Origin: Octopus sinensis
Taxonomy: Eukaryota
DNA: 64,000 nucleotides
Direction of reading: 5' to 3'
NCBI RefSeq assembly: GCF_006345805.1
Contig: NC_043007.1
Span: 24,552,001-24,616,000, forward strand
In this document: positions 13,240-26,268 of the stretch, in pieces
Layout of the letters: each line of letters opens with the position of its first letter
How positions within the stretch are numbered: the stretch's first letter is position 1
Made by a program: the position numbers and the translations under genes
Notes under the pieces: generated by a model
The model's database searches: none
The model's input: the letters and a program-made list of their open reading frames with translations, nothing else
What the model was told of the DNA's origin: nothing

Positions 13240-13760
13240 AGCCACATCATCACTAACGTTATCACCACCACTGCTGCCACCACCACCACCATCACCATCA
13301 CCACTAATACTACCAACATCACCACCACTACTGCCACCATCACTACTACCACCACTTCTAATACCACCACCACTAATACTACCAACACCACCACCACTAC
13401 TGCCACCGTCACTACCACCACCACCTCCACTGCCACAATCACCACTTTTAATACTACCACCACCGCCACCACCATCACCACTACCTTCTCAAATACTACC
13501 GCCACCACTTCTAACATTACCACCACTATACCACACCCATTATAGCTAAACTACCTGTACCACTGCCACCTCACAACCACACACACACTGTCATAGCACC
13601 ACCACCACCATCACCACAACAAACAGAAACACACACTACCACACCAGACCACCACTACTACAACACAAACATCTACAAGCACCACACAACACCACACCAC
13701 AACACCCTGCAAAACCTGTGTGCTCCCACCACCACCACCACCACCACCACCACCACCATT
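13240..13760. repeat. Degenerate (ACC/ACT)n trinucleotide tract
   Basis: Gives the poly-T, poly-P and poly-V ORFs. Confidence 0.9.
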
Positions 13761-14016
13761 TCCTAACACTACTTGGTTCACTATCAAAAAGACATTGACT
13801 ACCTTTTTTTGTCTTTCTTGTTTTCCTGTTTACTTGAGGGAAATTTCAGGTGTGTGTGTGTGTTGTGTGTGTGTGTGTATCCTTTTTGCTGTTGTTTTGT
13901 TTGTTTGTCTGTTTGTTTGGCTACAATAATTCTAGACATCAGACATCAGTGAACATCGTTGTGGCAGTCAACATGAATATATTGAAAAATATATTAAGGA
14001 AAATAAAAATAGAGGC

Positions 14017-14065
<49 letters not shown>

Positions 14066-14629
14066 CAGACAGAGACAGTGGCGGAAGGAGGGAAAGAAAG
14101 ACAGAGACAGACTGAGAGATAGATAGTAACAGAGCAAGAGAGGTGGGGTGGGGGGAGAAAGTAAGGAAAGAAAAGAAATATAGACTGACAACAGCAACAA
14201 CAACAATAACAACTGTTATAGCAACAGCAGCAGCAGCAGTAGTAGCAGCAGCAGCAGCAGTAGCAGCAGCAGCTGTATGTGCAGTAGCAGTAGCAGTGGC
14301 AGCAGCAAATCATAGCAACACCAAAAAAGTCTTTGATCAAATCTTGATTTGCTTTAATAAACAAATTATTAATTTTAACAGAATTTCAATAGTCAGGTGA
14401 TTATCAGGATGGCTGGAGAGGTAGATAAGCTGATTGACAGAGAGACAGACAGACAGACAGATAGATATATACTCAGGTATGTCAGTCAATAGACAGGTAG
14501 CAAGGTAGATAGACAGTGGATGGATTGAAGGATGTATATGAGTGTGTGCATTGATATATATACACACACACACATATATGTATTTATAGATATGCACGTA
14601 TATGTATGTGTATATGTGTGTTTGTACCT

Positions 14630-14799
14630 AAAAAGCACCCACTACACTCTCAGAGTGGTTGGCATGAGGAAGGGCATCTGGCTGTAGAAACCTTGCCAGA
14701 TCAGATTGGAGTCTGGTGCAACCTCCTGGCTTGCCAGTCACCAGTCAAACCATCCAACCCATACCAGCATGGAAAACAGACATTAAACGATGATGATGA

Positions 14800-14802
<3 letters not shown>
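14630..14802 (+). mobile_element. Family D element, 3' part
   Basis: 'gagtggttggcatgaggaagggcatc...cagcatggaaaacagacattaaacgatgatgat'. Confidence 0.8.
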
Positions 14803-14839
<37 letters not shown>

Positions 14840-15004
14840 TTATTTGTGAATTAAGGCTACCATTGGTTTCATGTTAAGAAAAATAGGAAAATATCCTAGT
14901 GTCTTTACAAATTTTCAAGCCAATCACATGGAGAAAGATGTTTGCCTCCATTGACCACTCATTTTCACCATTCAGCAGTTATATATATATATAATATATA
15001 TATA

Positions 15005-15035
<31 letters not shown>

Positions 15036-15206
15036 AGTTCAGCAAAATTTAGATTCCGATGAATATGGTTCTTAAATTAAAGGCACCAGAATTTTGTAAG
15101 GTATTATCCATATAAAAGTGTTTAATAAAATGAAGTAGCATGAAACAATTGTACTACACTACCTTGGATATCCTTGTTGCTTATTTTGATATATATATAT
15201 ATATAT

Positions 15207-15630
15207 AGCTCCTTCCCTGACCCTACCTCCCAACCCGGCTCGTTCCCCTGCTCCCGCCCACGTTGCCGCACTTGCCCTTACCTCTCCAACACCACCCGCC
15301 TCACTAGCACCCACCATCGACCCTATCCCATCATCCACTCCTTCACCTGCACCTCCAGCAATATTATCTATTGCATCTCTTGCTCTCTCTGCAATTCCTT
15401 GTACATCGGACAAACGGGACGCCGCTTGGCTGACCGGTTCGCGGAACACCTTCGTGACATCCACCTTGCGAACGACACACCGGTCTCATGCCATTTCCGC
15501 TCCACCGGTCACTCCTTGCAACACCTATCTGTGTTCGGTTTGTCCTTACACAGAGGCCATCCGGATTCCCGTTTGCGCCGTGAACAGGAATTAATCTTCT
15601 CTCTTCGCTCTTATACGCCATTTGGTCTCA
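15207..15630 (+). pseudogene. PLE GIY-YIG endonuclease domain (5'-truncated; the ATG at 15174 is upstream of the TA repeat)
   Basis: IYCISC..C..LYIGQT (GIY-YIG motif), R....RF.EH and terminal GLN motif. Confidence 0.9.
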
Positions 15631-16228
15631 ACTCTCCCCCCTCCTCATCTAACCCCCCTCTCCACCTATCCTTTTCCCCCCGACCCCTACTTCTTCAGTC
15701 CTTCATCCTTTCACCCCTACTCCCCTTCCCTTCTTCCCTCTTTCTCCCTCCCTCTTCCCCTTCCCTCTGCTCCCTCACTCCCTCTCTCCCCCTCTCCTCC
15801 TTCATCCCCCTCCTCCCCTTCCTTCTCCCCATCCTCTCCTCTTCCCCCTCTTCTTCCCCTCTCCCTCTTCTCCTCACTACACCACATGACTTTACACATC
15901 ACATCACATATGATGTGCCATACTAATACATACACCAACCCCATACATACGCACGTCCAGACCAATCCTACGCACTAATACTCTCTCATACACACACACA
16001 CACCCTTATACATACTAATACATACACCAACCCTATACATACACACATCCAGACCCCTCCTACGCACTATTAGCTGGTCCCTCAACCCTATTATCTCCCC
16101 TTATTTCGCTCTCGCGTCTCATGTTTGATCTTTGACCTCTGGCCGAAATCAGATCGCCATGTTGATTCGTTAGCTACTGCACGCATTTTTTTTCTCTCCT
16201 TCTTTCTGTGTTTTTTTTCTCCTGTGTA

Positions 16229-16266
16229 TCTTTCTGTTGAAGAGCGTAGGCTCGAAACGTTAAAGA
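16229..16266 (+). ncRNA. Minimal type I hammerhead (PLE-type), CUGUUGA core variant
   Basis: ucuuu-CUGUUGA-a-gagc-guag-gcuc-GAAAC-GUU-aaaga; 5-bp stem I; palindromic AACGUU stem III. Confidence 0.65.
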
Positions 16267-16364
16267 TTTGTTTTATTTATATTTCCTGAGCGCCATACTA
16301 ATACAATTGTTCGTTTGTTTTCCACCTGCCTTCGTCTTTTGTTTATTTTCATAAAGCTTCCCGT

Positions 16365-16397
<33 letters not shown>

Positions 16398-16821
16398 GCA
16401 TACATTGCTCACTTGGAATTATTTCCTTAAGTTTATTCCTATTTTTATCTATGCAAATTATTCTTTGTCAATGAACTATAAAATCTTTTAGCTTGAATTG
16501 GAAAATGACTCTGGAAAAGAATTTTTCAACCATCGACCATTCCTTGTTGCATGACTCACAAGCATTTTCTTCCCTACCTGCTGGAACACCAGAGGACCTC
16601 ATACCCACATGCCCACTCTCCCTGGCTGTACAAAAGAGATATTGCTCAAATTGCCCACTTAATCATCACCTGACATCACTTCTCTTACTTTTGTTGTATC
16701 ACCCACTAACCTTACCTTTTATTTGCACTGTTTCACCCACTTTGCAACTGTTAAACATAAATCCAAGCTTCCTATTTATAAAAACCTATCCACTGTATCA
16801 CAAGCCCATTCACATTATTTG

Positions 16822-16860
16822 CTATACTGATGAGAACAAAAGTCTGAAACATGTCCATAG
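16822..16860 (+). ncRNA. Decayed minimal hammerhead motif at the end of a probable second PLE remnant
   Basis: cuaua-CUGAUGA-gaacaaaagucu-GAAAC-au-GUC-cauag; mismatches in stems I and II. Confidence 0.55.
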
Positions 16861-17399
16861 TTTCTCTTGCTTACAAGCGAAGATTCTAACCGTCTTTTCT
16901 TAAATATGTAAATTAATTTGAGAAATCTATTCTTCATTTCTTGATTTATCTTCCCTTTCCTTTGAGAGCTGAAAATAATTATTGCATTTTTTAACTTATA
17001 TAGCTACACACACTCACACACACACACATATGCACGCAAGCATACATACATATTCAAAGACTACAGATTCAATCCATCAGTGGGACTGTAAAAACCAGTA
17101 AAACTTTCCAGAAGTTTATCATTTAAATATATATGAACATGCCTAGATATGTAAGTAAATGCATGAGAAGACAATACAAAACATACAAATCTGCATGCAT
17201 ACATACATACATACATACACACACATACATGCATACATATATACATACATGCCTGCATACTTACACTCATACATGCATACATACATAGATACATACAAAT
17301 ATACATAAACACACATGCATGCATACATTCATAGATACATGCATCCACACATACATATATACATGTGTGGGTGTGTGTGTATTTACATATATATGGCCA

Positions 17400-17712
17400 G
17401 GTTCTTGTTATGACAGTGAGTGTTCTAGTTTATGCCATCAACGGAGTAACCTACCCATGAAATTAACATGCAAGCGGCTGAGCACTTAACAGACATTCAA
17501 CATACCCTTAACACAGATTCTCAGGGAGATTCCGCATGACATAGAATATGACAAAGTTGGCCCTTTGAGTTATTGGTAAAACTCACTTTTTACCAGCTGA
17601 ATGAACGGGAGAAATGTGAAATAAAATATCTTGCTCAAGGGCAGAAGGTATCATGCAATATTGAACTCATGACCTTATGGCTATGTGTCAAGTATCCTAA
17701 CCACTAAGCCAT
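17400..17712 (-). mobile_element. Diverged family A SINE
   Basis: Reverse complement of the A tail 'gtgctcagcc(g)cttgcatgttaatttca' and of the tRNA head 'ggcttagtggttagg'. Confidence 0.65.
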
Positions 17713-17737
17713 GTATATATACATATATATAGAGAGA

Positions 17738-18057
17738 TAGGTTTAAAAGACAGAATCACCCTCAAGCAACTCAATCATCATTGAACGACATCCACAATAG
17801 GTACATTAAAATTATCAAGATTAATACTCTCAATTCTTATACTTTACATTACATAGACTATGCACGTTTCGTGACAACATATTCCTTGATATTGCTGAAA
17901 TAGAAGGTCTCAAAATACAATATCATATTAAAACGAATATATTGCCAATCTTCAGGTCTAGAATATATGAACTTATTTTGCTATTTACATCCTATATAAA
18001 GACATGACAAACTAAAATTATATAACTAGAAGTTGTTGGAATAATTTTACTTTAGTA
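17738..18057 (-). mobile_element. Partial second copy of the 12490-12984 element, with hammerhead at 17854-17960
   Basis: Same terminus 'gacagaatcaccctcaagcaactcaatcatcattgaa'; minus strand uagac-CUGAAGA-uuggcaa...uugucac-GAAAC-gugc-AUA-gucua. Confidence 0.75.
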
Positions 18058-18359
18058 AATAACGAACAGAAATGTGGAATAAAAGTAGGAAAAAGAAATG
18101 TTAGTAAAAAGAAATGTTAACTTATCTGTATGGTAATTTTCTCTCCATGAATTAAACATGGCTACCAGCAATTGTATAATCTAACACTGTGAGGTACTGT
18201 GTAGGGGAGATAATTCTTAACATTTAAAAGTTCTGAAAAGGAATTTTCTACTGTGTAAGGGAAATAAATAATAATAATAAACCAGGAGAAGCCAGAAGTG
18301 AGTGTATGATGGGAATAGTCTAATTTTTTACATGGTTAATTTATTTTATTTATATTTAC

Positions 18360-18736
18360 TCTTTTACTTGTTTCAGTCATTTGGCTGCGGCCATGCTGGA
18401 GCACTGCCTTTAATCGAGCAACTCGACCCCGGGACTTATTCTTTGTAAGCCCAGTACTTATTCTATCGGTCTCTTTTGCCAAACCGCTAAGTGACGGGGG
18501 CATAAACACACCAGCATCAGTTGTCAAGCAATGCTAGGGGGGACAAACATAAACATACACACACACATATATACGACAGGCTTCTTTCTGTTTCCGTCTA
18601 CCAAATCCACTCACAAGGCTTTGGTCGGCCCGAGGCTATAGCAGAAGACACTTGCCCAAGGTGCCACACAGTGGGATTGAATCCGGAACCATGTGGTTAG
18701 TAAACAAGCTACTTACCACACAGCCACTCCTGCGCC
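18360..18736 (-). mobile_element. Family B SINE
   Basis: Full homology to 11369-11763. Confidence 0.9.
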
Positions 18737-19289
18737 AATGTGTTAACTTTGATAAATAATAAATTTCTAGGTTGGTAAATACGTAAACTAAATTACTCAA
18801 CATATAATTTTTAAATATTTTGAAATAAGTAAAAGTCAGTAAAAATCTAAGTTTTCATAATTTTTATAATTATAATACAATTAATATATATTGATTATAC
18901 TATTATTCTTAAAATTGATGTTACTCTTAAAATTAAGTTCCTAAATTAAGATTTAAAATTTTTATTAAGAAACTAAAATATCTAAAATTAGAAGTTAATT
19001 AAATGTTATCTTACATTTATATATAAATAAATAGATATACTCTAGTTATACTAAGTAATAAAATATGATTATACATTATATCTAAGTATTATGATTAAAT
19101 ATTTTTTTTTTAAATTAGTTTTTTTTAATATTTTCTAAAGAATCAAATGTTATCTCATCTTATTAAACAAGCAATTCAGTTTATGTTTACATTTAATCTT
19201 TTGTTCATCCTGGCTGTTGATCAGTCTTATTTTAGCTTTTGATATTTCCATAAATTCGTGTGTACATATATATTCTTTTATTCAATTAT

Positions 19290-19494
19290 TTCTTTCAGTC
19301 ATTTGACTGTGGGCATGCTGGAGTATTGCCTTTAGTCGAACAAATCAACTCTAGGACTTTTTCTTTGTAAGCCTAGTACTTATTTTATTGGTCACTTTTG
19401 CCAAACCACTAAGTTATGGGTACATAAAACATACCAACAACAGTTGTCAAGCGATGATGGGGGCACAAACACAGACACACAAACATATACATAC

Positions 19495-19539
<45 letters not shown>

Positions 19540-19685
19540 ACAGGTTCCTTTCATTTTCCATTTACCAAATCCACTCACACGGCTTTGGTTAGCCTGTAGC
19601 TATAGTAGAAGACACTTGCCTAACATGCCATGCAGTGGGACTAAACCTGGTAAGCAAGCTACTTACTGCACAACCATTCCTGCAC
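19290..19685 (-). mobile_element. Family B SINE, diverged
   Basis: Both halves present around (TA)n. Confidence 0.8.
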
Positions 19686-20205
19686 CTATATATATATGTA
19701 TATCTATATATATTTATACATATATATATATACATACATACACACATACATACATACACATATGTATGTGTGTGTGTGCATGTAGCAAAAGAGAAAGTAA
19801 GAGAAAGTGTGAGAGAGAAGAAAAGGTCATCATCATAATTTACATCAAATGTTCCGTGCTTGTTACAGCTGTGTCGATATATTGACACAAACTCAGGCAA
19901 ATTAGATAGGCAACATGTGGTTAAGCAAACTGATAAACAGATATTACCATTTTGAAATGACTCTAATGGAAGGCGATAAATAAATATCACATTCATACGC
20001 AAATTCAAAGCCATTAAAAGCTCTGTGTTTCAACTGCCAGTAAAATTCAGCAGTATTCAAACTACCAGGTTTCATTCTTATTTGCCAAAACACAACCTAC
20101 AAAAATATTAAAATGGAATAGATTTGGTGAAGCATTGTGTGGTATTACTTTAAAAGACACTTTTTGGGCAAATCTGGAATAATGGGAGAAGCTATAAAGT
20201 AAATT

Positions 20206-20606
20206 TATATATATATATATAAAGCTGAAGTTGTCTGTGTATGGCAGGTTTGGTAGCCTTCAACTAACACTATCTCCTCCGAGACCCTGCGCTGCAAGTT
20301 GACCAAAATTGAGACTATGATAGAAGAAGGCTTGCTCTTCCTTCCTTAGAAGAAAAAATTAAAATCGGACCATGTTAACACCAAAAATTATTTACATCAA
20401 AAAGGTGCTTCTTTTCTATGAAAACCCCATTTTTTAAACAATTTTTTTACTGCTGTGTCGCCATTTTTCAGTGTATTTCAACCAGAAAAATGTTCACTTA
20501 AAGAGAATAACAAGCTACATAATGCAAAATGTTTACTTTTCAAAAATTCCAATTCTAAAGGGTCTAAAAGAAAACAAACCCGAGCAACGCTGGGCTATAC
20601 TGCTAG
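20206..20606 (+). mobile_element. Non-autonomous Helitron
   Basis: 5' 'tatatatataaagctgaagttgtctgtg'; 3' hairpin 'cccgagcaacgctggg' then CTAG followed by T; shares termini with 25968-26268. Confidence 0.8.
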
Positions 20607-21371
20607 TTATAAAAAGAACTAGAAAAGGTAAAACAACTTTGTTCTGTTTTGTTTTGTTTTATTTATTATTTTTTTTTGTAGTTTACTTTACATCTTCAAT
20701 TGTTCCAGCCTTACCCAGCATGTCTCTACAAAGACATGTCTGCTATCATTGAAGAGACATTCCCTGTGTGATAATCTTTAATCTCAGAACACTTTATTCT
20801 CTCTCTCTCATTCTCTGTTCTAGCAAATTTCTACTTCTATTAAGGATTTCTAATAAAGCTCAAACATGTCTAGAGTTGTCTCCCATATCATCATCATCAT
20901 CATCATCATTGTTTTTAATGTCCACCTTTCCATGTTTGCATAGATTGGACATAATTTTATCAGGGTGGATTTTTCAAGGTTGGATATGCCTCATGTTGCT
21001 AGCCTCACCTGTTACCAAGTAAGGTAATATTTCCCTAAGACCAGACACGTCTCCGAAGATTGGAAATGAAGGCGACTATTTGCATGGCAGTAACACTCAA
21101 TCACAACTATCAGGTGATGTTCAGCAAGGAGAAAGTAACACATTCAAACATACACGCACACAACCACACATACACATGCACATGTACATATATATGCCTT
21201 AATAGTGGATTAACAAGGCAACCAATCATTTCATGCAAGCAGATCTTCACAATTGTACAAGCATGCCACATGGAAGTGTTGGTACATGTCTCTATTTTGG
21301 ATGAGAATACATGAGGTTACATGAAATTGAATGGGATTACAAAATGAATACACAAATCACAGTAGGCAGTT

Positions 21372-21411
<40 letters not shown>

Positions 21412-22804
21412 AATAGATGGATAAATAGATATACACATATCATCATCATCATCATTTACAGTCCATCTTCCATGCTGGCTTGGGTTGGACGGTTTGACAG
21501 GAGCTGGCCAGGCACACACACACACACATATATGATATCCGAAATGTACAGTATTATATATCAATCATGGCTGACCTTACCAATCGGTTTCACGCAAGGA
21601 ATACAATGGAGTGTAAGGTAACAATCCGACTATATAACCTTATCCTTATACATACATATAATATACATGTAGACACAGGAGTGGATGTGTAGTAAGAAGC
21701 TTGCTTTTCAACCACATGGTTTCAGGTTCAGTCACACTGCATGTCACCTTGGGCAAGTGTCTTCTACTATAGTCACAGGCCGACCAAAGCTTTGTGAGTG
21801 GATTTGGTAAACAAAAATGGAAAGAAGCCTGTTGTATATATATATATGTATATATTGATAAAAATGGTAAGACAACAAAAGAAAGAAAGAGACCTCGATA
21901 TTATGTAAATAGAAGAATTTTAGGCGCATGCACGTGGGTGTGCAGGCGCACATGTGTAGGTATGAACAGGCACGCTTACGCGAATACTATGAACTATTTA
22001 ATCCCCTACTTTTAATCCCTCCCTTTACTTAGCGGTAATTCAAATAGCTCTTTTGTCTTAATAACGGTCAATCACACAGTAATTTCCCTTTGTATAACGG
22101 TCATTTTTCATAGCATTTTTCCGATGGCTGGGTAACTGAAGAGATGGTGGCATGGATTTCCACCTCGGCATCTGAAGCTCGGAGTTTTATCATGGCTACT
22201 AAATATTTGTCACATATTACACTTACAGATATATATATATATATATTTATACAATGGGCTTCTTTCAGTTTCCATGTACAAAATCCACTCATAAGGCTTT
22301 GGTTGGCCTGAAGTTATAGTAGAAAACACTTGCCCAAGGTACCACCCAGTGAGACTGAACCTGAAACGATGTGGTTGAGAAGTATAATTCTTACCACTCA
22401 ACCATTCCTGTAAATATACTTGTCTTTCACACTTATAAAAACCAAAGTATTATTCATGAAGTAATATTGTTTTAATCTTTTGATGTTCCATCACCCAAAA
22501 AAACATTATGCAATACAAAGATATCATTGCCTACCATAGAGATAGCAACATCATTGACCATAAAGATATCAACATTACCATGTAGATATCATTTACTGCA
22601 AAAATAAAATCATTTACCATGAAGATAACATCATCTGTGAAAAAGCTAACATAATTCAAAATAAATGTATCGGCATTTACCATGAAGAAAACATGGCTTA
22701 CTTTGATTATCTGCAGAGATATTAGTATCAGCATTATTATTATTATTATTACTACTACTACTATTACTATTATTATCATTAATATTATTATTATTATTAT
22801 TATT

Positions 22805-23035
22805 GAAGTGATGAACTGGCAGATACATTAGCACACCGCATGAAATGCTTAGTGGTATTTCGTCTGTCTTTACATTCTTGAGGTTCAAATTACACTGAGG
22901 TCGACTTTGCATTTCATTCTTTCGGGGTTGATGAATTAAGTACCAGTTGTGCACTGGGGTTGATCTAATCGACTTGCCTCCCCGACCAAAAAAAATTTGG
23001 GGCCTTGTGCCTGTAGTAGAAAAGATTATTATTAT
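22805..23035 (+). mobile_element. tRNA-derived SINE family C with (ATT)n tail
   Basis: 'gaactggcagatacattagc...gaggttcaaatt...gaggtcgactttgcatttcattctttcggggttgatgaattaagtaccag...gtagaaaagattatt'. Confidence 0.85.
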
Positions 23036-23039
23036 TGCT

Positions 23040-23375
23040 GAGACCCCCTTCGGTCATGACTGACCATGGGATGACACCTAGAAAGTTACCCTCCCAGGCA
23101 CAAGTCTGGGTAGGTTGTTTATAGAAGACCAGCAGTCACCCATGCATACCGGCCTCCCCTCTCCATGCCACCAGTGTTATCCAAAGGAAAAGCAAAGGTA
23201 AAGGCCGATGCAGCTTGGCGCCGATGATGTCGCAACTCATTTCTACAGCTGAGTGAACTGAAGCAACGTGAAATAAAGTGTCTTGCTCAAGAACACAACA
23301 CACAGCCCGGTCCAGGATTCAAACTCACAACCTCACGATCGTAAGCTTGATGCTCTAACCACTGAGCCATACACT
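23040..23375 (-). mobile_element. Family E SINE (long form)
   Basis: Head 'ggctcagtggttagagcatc...gtttgaatcc'; body homologous to 52000-52225. Confidence 0.8.
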
Positions 23376-23609
23376 TTCAATATTATTATTTATTATTATT
23401 ATTATTAAGGTGATGAACTAGCAGAATCGTTAGCATGCTGAGGCAAAATGCTTAGTGGCATTTCGTCTTTATTTTCTGAGTTCAAACTCTGTTGAGGTCA
23501 AACTTTGCTTTTCATCCTTTCAGGGTCAGTAAAATAAGCACCTCCCCTCAAGCTTGCTGGTCTTGTGCCAAAGTTTGAAACCATTATCATTATTATTGTT
23601 GTTGTTATT

Positions 23610-24110
23610 TTAATCATTGCATGCTACTTAGCAAGGATGTTGCCTTGTGTTATGATGACAAGGAGTTTCTTCAAATCTCAAGATTCTTTCTTACAATTTT
23701 TGCAGAAAACAAGGTTGCACTTTACTGCAGTTTCCAATTCCAATATCCTTCTATCCCTTAGGTAACAGTTTAAGTGTTGTACCAAGTGCACAAATTATCA
23801 CAGGAATAATTGTCATCTTAGTCTCATACAATCTCTTCATTTCTCTCGCTCGGTCCTGGCATTTCTCAATTTCTTCCAATTTCTTTTGTATCCATCCTAT
23901 TATCATATTGTATTGCAAAACCTATGATCTCACACTGTTTCTTCTTTTTGTCCTTTATAATCATTTATGGTCTTCTTGCTTCAGTATTACGGTCAGTCTT
24001 TATGGGGAAAAATCCAATAAAATCCTATAATTCTTATTCTCTACCACAGCCTCTGGCATATGTTCTCACCACTTTTCTGCTACTTTGAATCTATGCAGCT
24101 GGTTAACATC
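23610..24110 (-). pseudogene. R4/Dong-type LINE C-terminal restriction-like endonuclease remnant
   Basis: Frameshifted minus-strand translation: EHMPEAVVENKNYRIL.DF...KTDRNTEARRP.MIIKDKKKKQCEII...MTIIPVIICALGT. Confidence 0.75.
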
Positions 24111-24432
24111 TCAATATCCTTTTTTTACACAGACAGTCGTGCCTGTACTTGCAATCCTTTCACGATTGTTGTTGTTGTTATTATTATTATTATTATTCAA
24201 GGCAGCAATATGGCAGAATTGTTACAGTGCTGGAACAAAATGCTGAGTGGCATTTTTTCTGGTTTTACATTTTGAGTTCCAAATCTGGCAAAGTCATCTT
24301 CGCCTTTCATCCTTTTGGATTCAATAACATGAGTACCAGTTGAGCATGGGGATGAATGTAACCAGTCAGTCCCCTCCCCAAAATTTTAAGCCTTGTGTTT
24401 ATAATAAAAAAGTATTTATTATTATTATTATT

Positions 24433-24986
24433 GAGTGAGAGAGCAGTGCATACCATCAAAGTGACACTGGGGTAAAATATACGAAGCCCAGTATATCCAT
24501 CATGACTACCCGTCTGATAAGGGTACACCAGGCGCATGCATCACAACCATATGTGCATGACATGGTGATCTCATATCAAGATAAACAGTGCATGATCTTG
24601 CAGGTGGGGCCCAGTTAGAATTTTCTTCTGGTCGAGTAGCCCATCCCGCTCAAACGGTCCCTGAATAAGGGTTGTTTAAGGATGTTGAACAAAACACCCA
24701 TGTTTCTAGAGGTGAATTATTCAAACCCCAAAGAATCCCTCTCAACACATGGCTATGATGCTCCCTGACTACTTCTGCTCGTGATCAGAGATGCACATAT
24801 CATCAGCCACTAAGGGACATGCTCAACTGGTTAAGGTCAAACAACTGACAAGCAAATCTGTGGTATTGAGCAGAATATTTGCTGTTGCCCATCTTTTATA
24901 CCAAGACAAAACAATGTACATGATAACACTTCCAATCAGTTAAGATCAGAAGCCACAAGAGCCACTGCCTGGTACTGCATCAGGGC

Positions 24987-24988
<2 letters not shown>
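24433..24988. mobile_element. ~560-bp non-coding dispersed element flanked by (ATT)n
   Basis: Second full-length copy at 32528-33063 with the same ends; both have ATT repeats on each side. Confidence 0.85.
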
Positions 24989-24989
<1 letters not shown>

Positions 24990-25028
<39 letters not shown>

Positions 25029-25780
25029 GTTATGTTTGACTTTTGCTTTACATTTGTACAAGTTGACTCCAACTCTCACCCAGAGACCTCAAGAGACAAC
25101 AAGTTGGAAGTTCATGTTGGTGTTATGCCAAGGGTGCCATATATTTGGTTTTGTACATAGTGTTCTTCTGGAGAATGTTTAAGAAAGCATAAGAAAATTA
25201 TATGTTTGTTTTAAAACTTGAGATTACATAGAAAGTATTTTGTGTAGGATATGGGCAGTTTCCATGAGCACTAACTTTTGAATTTCTGCCATTTTGGGGC
25301 TTCCTGGTATCTGGGCTAGGGAGCAATCATGCCCTTTTGCTATCATTCCAAGGGCACCTATGACAACAGATATTGTTTTAGTCTTCAGGTTCCACATTTT
25401 GCTAATTGCTATTTCAAGATCTTCATATTTGCTCAGTTTTTGATTGGTCTTGACAGATACGTTTATATCAATTGGAACAGTCATATCAATGAGGAGGCAT
25501 GATTTTTGTCTGAAGTCTTTCAATATGATGTCTGGCGTATTTGCATCAATCTTTTTCTCAGTTTGAATGGTGAAGTTCCAGAGGAATGAGATGTGACCGT
25601 TTTCAAGCACTGGAGGTGGTTTGTGTTCCCACCAGTTTTTATCATGGGGCAAGTCCAGGTTTTTGCAAATTACCTAATGAATATACTGTGCAGCTCTGTC
25701 ATGCCTGTTGAAATACTCTGTAGGTACAAGAAAACTGCTGACCCATATGGGACGATGCTACTGTAGTTTATAGCCTCATG
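24990..25780 (-). pseudogene. R4/Dong-type LINE 3' end (RLE domain, 3' UTR, (TAA)n tail)
   Basis: ORF 25224-25652: WNFTIQTEKKIDANTPDII...LLIDMTVPID...KLSKYEDLEIAISKMWNLKTKTISVVIGALG; upstream TEYFNRHDRAAQYIH*; ends in TAA repeats. Confidence 0.9.
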
Positions 25781-25967
25781 AAGACATGTATATATGCACA
25801 TATATGAAACAACAAAAATATGGATAGAGAAAATCGCGTCTTTAATTGTTGAGTTCACCATGCGAAGACGATGGTGAACACACACACACACAACAGGGTT
25901 CTTTCAGTTTCCATCTACCAAATCCACTCGCAAAGTTTTGGTCAGTCCAAGGCTCTAGTAGAAGACA

Positions 25968-26268
25968 CTAGCAGTATCGCCCGGCGTTGCTCGGGTTTGT
26001 AAGGGAAATCACTACATAAGCATTTTTAGAGAGTTACTTCCCTTATATAAACCAAACAAAAAATGCATTAAAAATGCTGAAAAATGATGGTAAATTTTTT
26101 TTTGAATCGTAGACTCATCATAGACATGCGCTAATACCCAGAAGGGCTCGATATGAATCACGACTATAAGATACCCACTTTTGGTTAAACTGCACAGCAA
26201 AATGTGGGAGTAGTTAGGAATCTAAACCGGAGTAGACAGACACACAACTTCAGTTTTATATATAAAGA
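25968..26268 (-). mobile_element. Non-autonomous Helitron inserted in a family B SINE
   Basis: Minus strand 5' TCTTTATATATAAAAC ... cccgagcaacgccggg-cgatactg-CTAG 3', between A and T, no TSD; SINE sequence resumes on both sides. Confidence 0.88.

Larger units (their letters stand above)
15207..16365 (+). mobile_element. 5'-truncated Penelope-like element (Neptune-type): linker, GIY-YIG endonuclease and 3' region with hammerhead
   Basis: Frame of ORF 15174-15926: GSFPCSRPRCRTC...IIYCISCSLCNSLYIGQTGRRLADRFAEH...HF...REQELIFSLRSYTPFGLN; (TA)n on both sides; hammerhead motif at 16229-16266. Confidence 0.9.

Noticed and set aside
15056-15153. Hammerhead CCGAUGA...GAAAC-aauu-GUA
   Set aside because: Stems I and II do not close; at most a highly decayed remnant
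24925-24988. U2 snRNA-like words (atcagttaagatc; tgcagtacc on the minus strand)
   Set aside because: Short matches on opposite strands; no branch-point recognition region or Sm site
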